From assembly GCA_003167055.1 (NCBI GenBank), contig PMUE01000097.1, positions 1 through 26,113 of the forward strand: DNA of 26,113 nt, read 5' to 3'. Of this stretch, positions 24,236 through 26,113 are shown in pieces. A program made the position numbers and the translations under genes. This DNA comes from Vulcanimicrobiota bacterium. Lineage in GTDB: Bacteria; Vulcanimicrobiota; Vulcanimicrobiia; Vulcanimicrobiales; Vulcanimicrobiaceae. The notes beneath the pieces are model-generated. The model did no database searches, was not told the origin of the DNA, and saw only the letters and a list, made by a program, of their open reading frames with translations. Position 1 is the stretch's first letter. Each line of letters opens with the position of its first letter.

Positions 24236-24591
24236 CCTTTTTACTCGCTGCCGCTGCGAAAGCGGCTCCGGCTGCTGCCAAGGCTGCTCCGCTCACCGTG
24301 CAACAACCGCTGACGCAGGCGCCGGCCGTGGTGCCGCAAACGGTGGTGCAGGCGCACGCCAGCTGGTTGACCCACGGCGTCGCCGGTATCTTTATCATTG
24401 CGGCGGTCGCGCTCGTCGCGCTGCTCGCGGTACAGACAACCAAACAAGAGGGTTTGTCCGGCACGATCGGCGGACGGGTTGAATCGGCTTACGGACGCAT
24501 GGGCGCAGAAGAACAGCTCAAGCGCGTCACCGGCTTTACGGCCGTCGTGTTCGTCGTCACCGGCTTCATTCTCTCACTGACGGGGATCTAA
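24232..24591 (+). CDS. secG: Preprotein translocase subunit SecG with an Ala/Pro-rich N-terminal extension
   Basis: Two TM segments flanking LAVQTTKQEGLSGTIGG and the E..LKRVT motif. CAGGAG RBS; TTG overlaps the dxs TGA. Confidence 0.8.
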   Translation: MTFLLAAAAKAAPAAAKAAPLTVQQPLTQAPAVVPQTVVQAHASWLTHGVAGIFIIAAVALVALLAVQTTKQEGLSGTIGGRVESAYGRMGAEEQLKRVTGFTAVVFVVTGFILSLTGI

Positions 24592-24603
24592 ACGCTGTCG
24601 TCG

Positions 24604-25575
24604 TTGCTCGACGTTCGCAATCTCCGCACGACGTTCCGTACGGAGGATGGCCCGGTTACGGCCGTCAATGGGCTTTCGTTTTCACTTCAGGCCGGGGAAA
24701 CGCTCGGTATCGTCGGGGAATCCGGGTCGGGGAAATCCGTCACCGCACTTTCGATCATGCGATTGCTTTCGCGCAACGCCACCGTGACGAGCGACGGCAT
24801 CACGTTCAACGGTGAGGACCTCACCGCCAAGACCGAAGCCCAGATGCGCAAGATCCGCGGCCATCAAATCGCGATGATCTTTCAAGATCCGATGACGAGC
24901 CTCAATCCGGTGCTCACCGTCGGCGAGCAGATCGCCGAAGCCGTGCGGCTGCACTTGGGATACTCGCGCTCCGAATCGCGCATCAAGGCGATCGAGATGC
25001 TCAAGAAGGTGCGTATCCCGTCGGCCGAACGACGGATCGACGACTATCCGCATCAATTCTCCGGGGGGATGCGCCAACGCGTGATGATCGGGATGGCGCT
25101 CTCGTGCAATCCGCAGGTGCTCATCGCCGACGAACCCACCACTGCGCTCGACGTGACGATTCAGGCACAGATTCTCGAGTTGATGAACGAGATGCAGCGC
25201 GAGACCGGGGCGGCAATCATTCTGATCACCCACGACCTGGGTGTGGTTGCCGAAGTCTGCAAGAACGTGCTCGTCATGTACGGCGGCAATTTGGTCGAGT
25301 ACGGGACCGCCGATCAGATCTTTGCCGAGCCGAAGATGCCGTACACGCAAGGCCTTCTCGCCTCGCTGCCGCGGCTGGACGATAACACGCATCGGCGCCT
25401 GCAACCGATCAAAGGTCAACCGCCCAACCTGCTCAATCTGCCGCCGGGCTGCGCGTTCGCGCCGCGCTGCGCGCAGCGCATGCCGGTCTGTGCGCAGCCG
25501 GTGCACCTCTACGAATTCGAAGGCGGCCACGAAGCGCGTTGCTGGCTGTACGACGGAAAGGTGCCATGTCGCTAG
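24604..25575 (+). CDS. oppD: Oligopeptide/dipeptide ABC transporter ATP-binding protein (OppD/DppD)
   Basis: [51 protein letters not shown] and a C-terminal Cys cluster ([10 protein letters not shown]...C...RC). Confidence 0.93.
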   Translation: MLDVRNLRTTFRTEDGPVTAVNGLSFSLQAGETLGIVGESGSGKSVTALSIMRLLSRNATVTSDGITFNGEDLTAKTEAQMRKIRGHQIAMIFQDPMTSLNPVLTVGEQIAEAVRLHLGYSRSESRIKAIEMLKKVRIPSAERRIDDYPHQFSGGMRQRVMIGMALSCNPQVLIADEPTTALDVTIQAQILELMNEMQRETGAAIILITHDLGVVAEVCKNVLVMYGGNLVEYGTADQIFAEPKMPYTQGLLASLPRLDDNTHRRLQPIKGQPPNLLNLPPGCAFAPRCAQRMPVCAQPVHLYEFEGGHEARCWLYDGKVPCR

Positions 25576-26113
25576 TCGAGGTCCGCGGTCTCGTCAAGTA
25601 TTTCCCGATTCATGCGGGCCTGCTATCGCGGCACGTCGCCGACGTCAAAGCCGTCGATGGCGTGAGCTTTGACATCGACGCCGGCGAAACACTCGGGCTG
25701 GTGGGTGAATCCGGTTCCGGGAAGACGACGATCGGGCGCATGCTGTTGCATTTGCTGCCGGTGACCAGCGGTTCGATCAAATACGATGGTGCCGAAATCA
25801 CCACGATGCGCTCCGATGACATCCGCCGCCTGCGCAGCCAGATTCAGATCATCTTTCAGGATCCGTTCGCATCACTCAATCCACGCATGACCGTGGGTGA
25901 GATCATTGGTGAGCCGCTGCGGATTCACGGTATCGCCCGGGGCGCGGCCGCGCCGGCGCGCGTCCAGGAGCTGCTGCAGCTCGTCGGATTGCGACCCTAT
26001 AGCGCCAACCGCTACCCGCATGAATTTTCCGGCGGTCAACGCCAGCGCGTCGCGATGGGCCGCGCGTTGGTGCGCGACACGAAGCTGTTTCTGTTCGACG
26101 AGCCGCTCTCCAA
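25566..26113 (+). CDS. oppF: Oligopeptide ABC transporter ATP-binding protein (OppF/DppF), 5' part; final ~65 nt are MalK-like
   Basis: Manual translation from ATG 25566: [14 protein letters not shown]...VKAVDGVSF...GESGSGKTT...FQDPFASLNPRMTVG...YPHEFSGGQRQRVAMGRALVRDTKLFLFDEPLS. No stop in the window. Confidence 0.85.
   Translation, partial: MSLVEVRGLVKYFPIHAGLLSRHVADVKAVDGVSFDIDAGETLGLVGESGSGKTTIGRMLLHLLPVTSGSIKYDGAEITTMRSDDIRRLRSQIQIIFQDPFASLNPRMTVGEIIGEPLRIHGIARGAAAPARVQELLQLVGLRPYSANRYPHEFSGGQRQRVAMGRALVRDTKLFLFDEPLS

Noticed and set aside
1-26113. CRISPR arrays, tRNA/rRNA genes, Rho-independent terminators
   Set aside because: No regularly spaced direct repeats, no cloverleaf or rRNA-like segments, and no convincing hairpin plus U-tract found by eye.

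Overview
A GC-rich, densely packed bacterial chromosomal segment with about 30 CDS. The style of the hypothetical proteins suggests Ca. Eremiobacterota/Vulcanimicrobiota, but this is only an inference. Left to right: the 5' part of a Tat/lipoprotein epoxide hydrolase, DNA-3-methyladenine glycosylase, a STAS protein, an SGNH hydrolase plus a GGT-like amidase, mntP divergent from a secreted pentapeptide-repeat protein with a shared palindromic operator, a MalT-like LuxR regulator, satP, a TPR/ATP-grasp protein, dienelactone hydrolase, GerMN-amidase-murI, an SRPBCC gene with an orphan palindromic operator, a ~1.3-kb patch bounded by inverted REP-like ends, an 880-aa soluble chemoreceptor, a putative outer-membrane barrel, a PAP2-like protein, dxs, secG and oppD/oppF. 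The standout is the chemoreceptor (18196-20838). It has two complete methyl-accepting hairpins flanking a TRAP-type DctP ligand-binding domain, has no membrane segments, and is translationally coupled to the barrel gene. The last ~65 nt switch from OppF-type to MalK-type sequence, which may be an assembly chimera. No rRNA, tRNA, CRISPR array or transposase was recognised. All family calls come from motif recognition by eye; no database searches were run.
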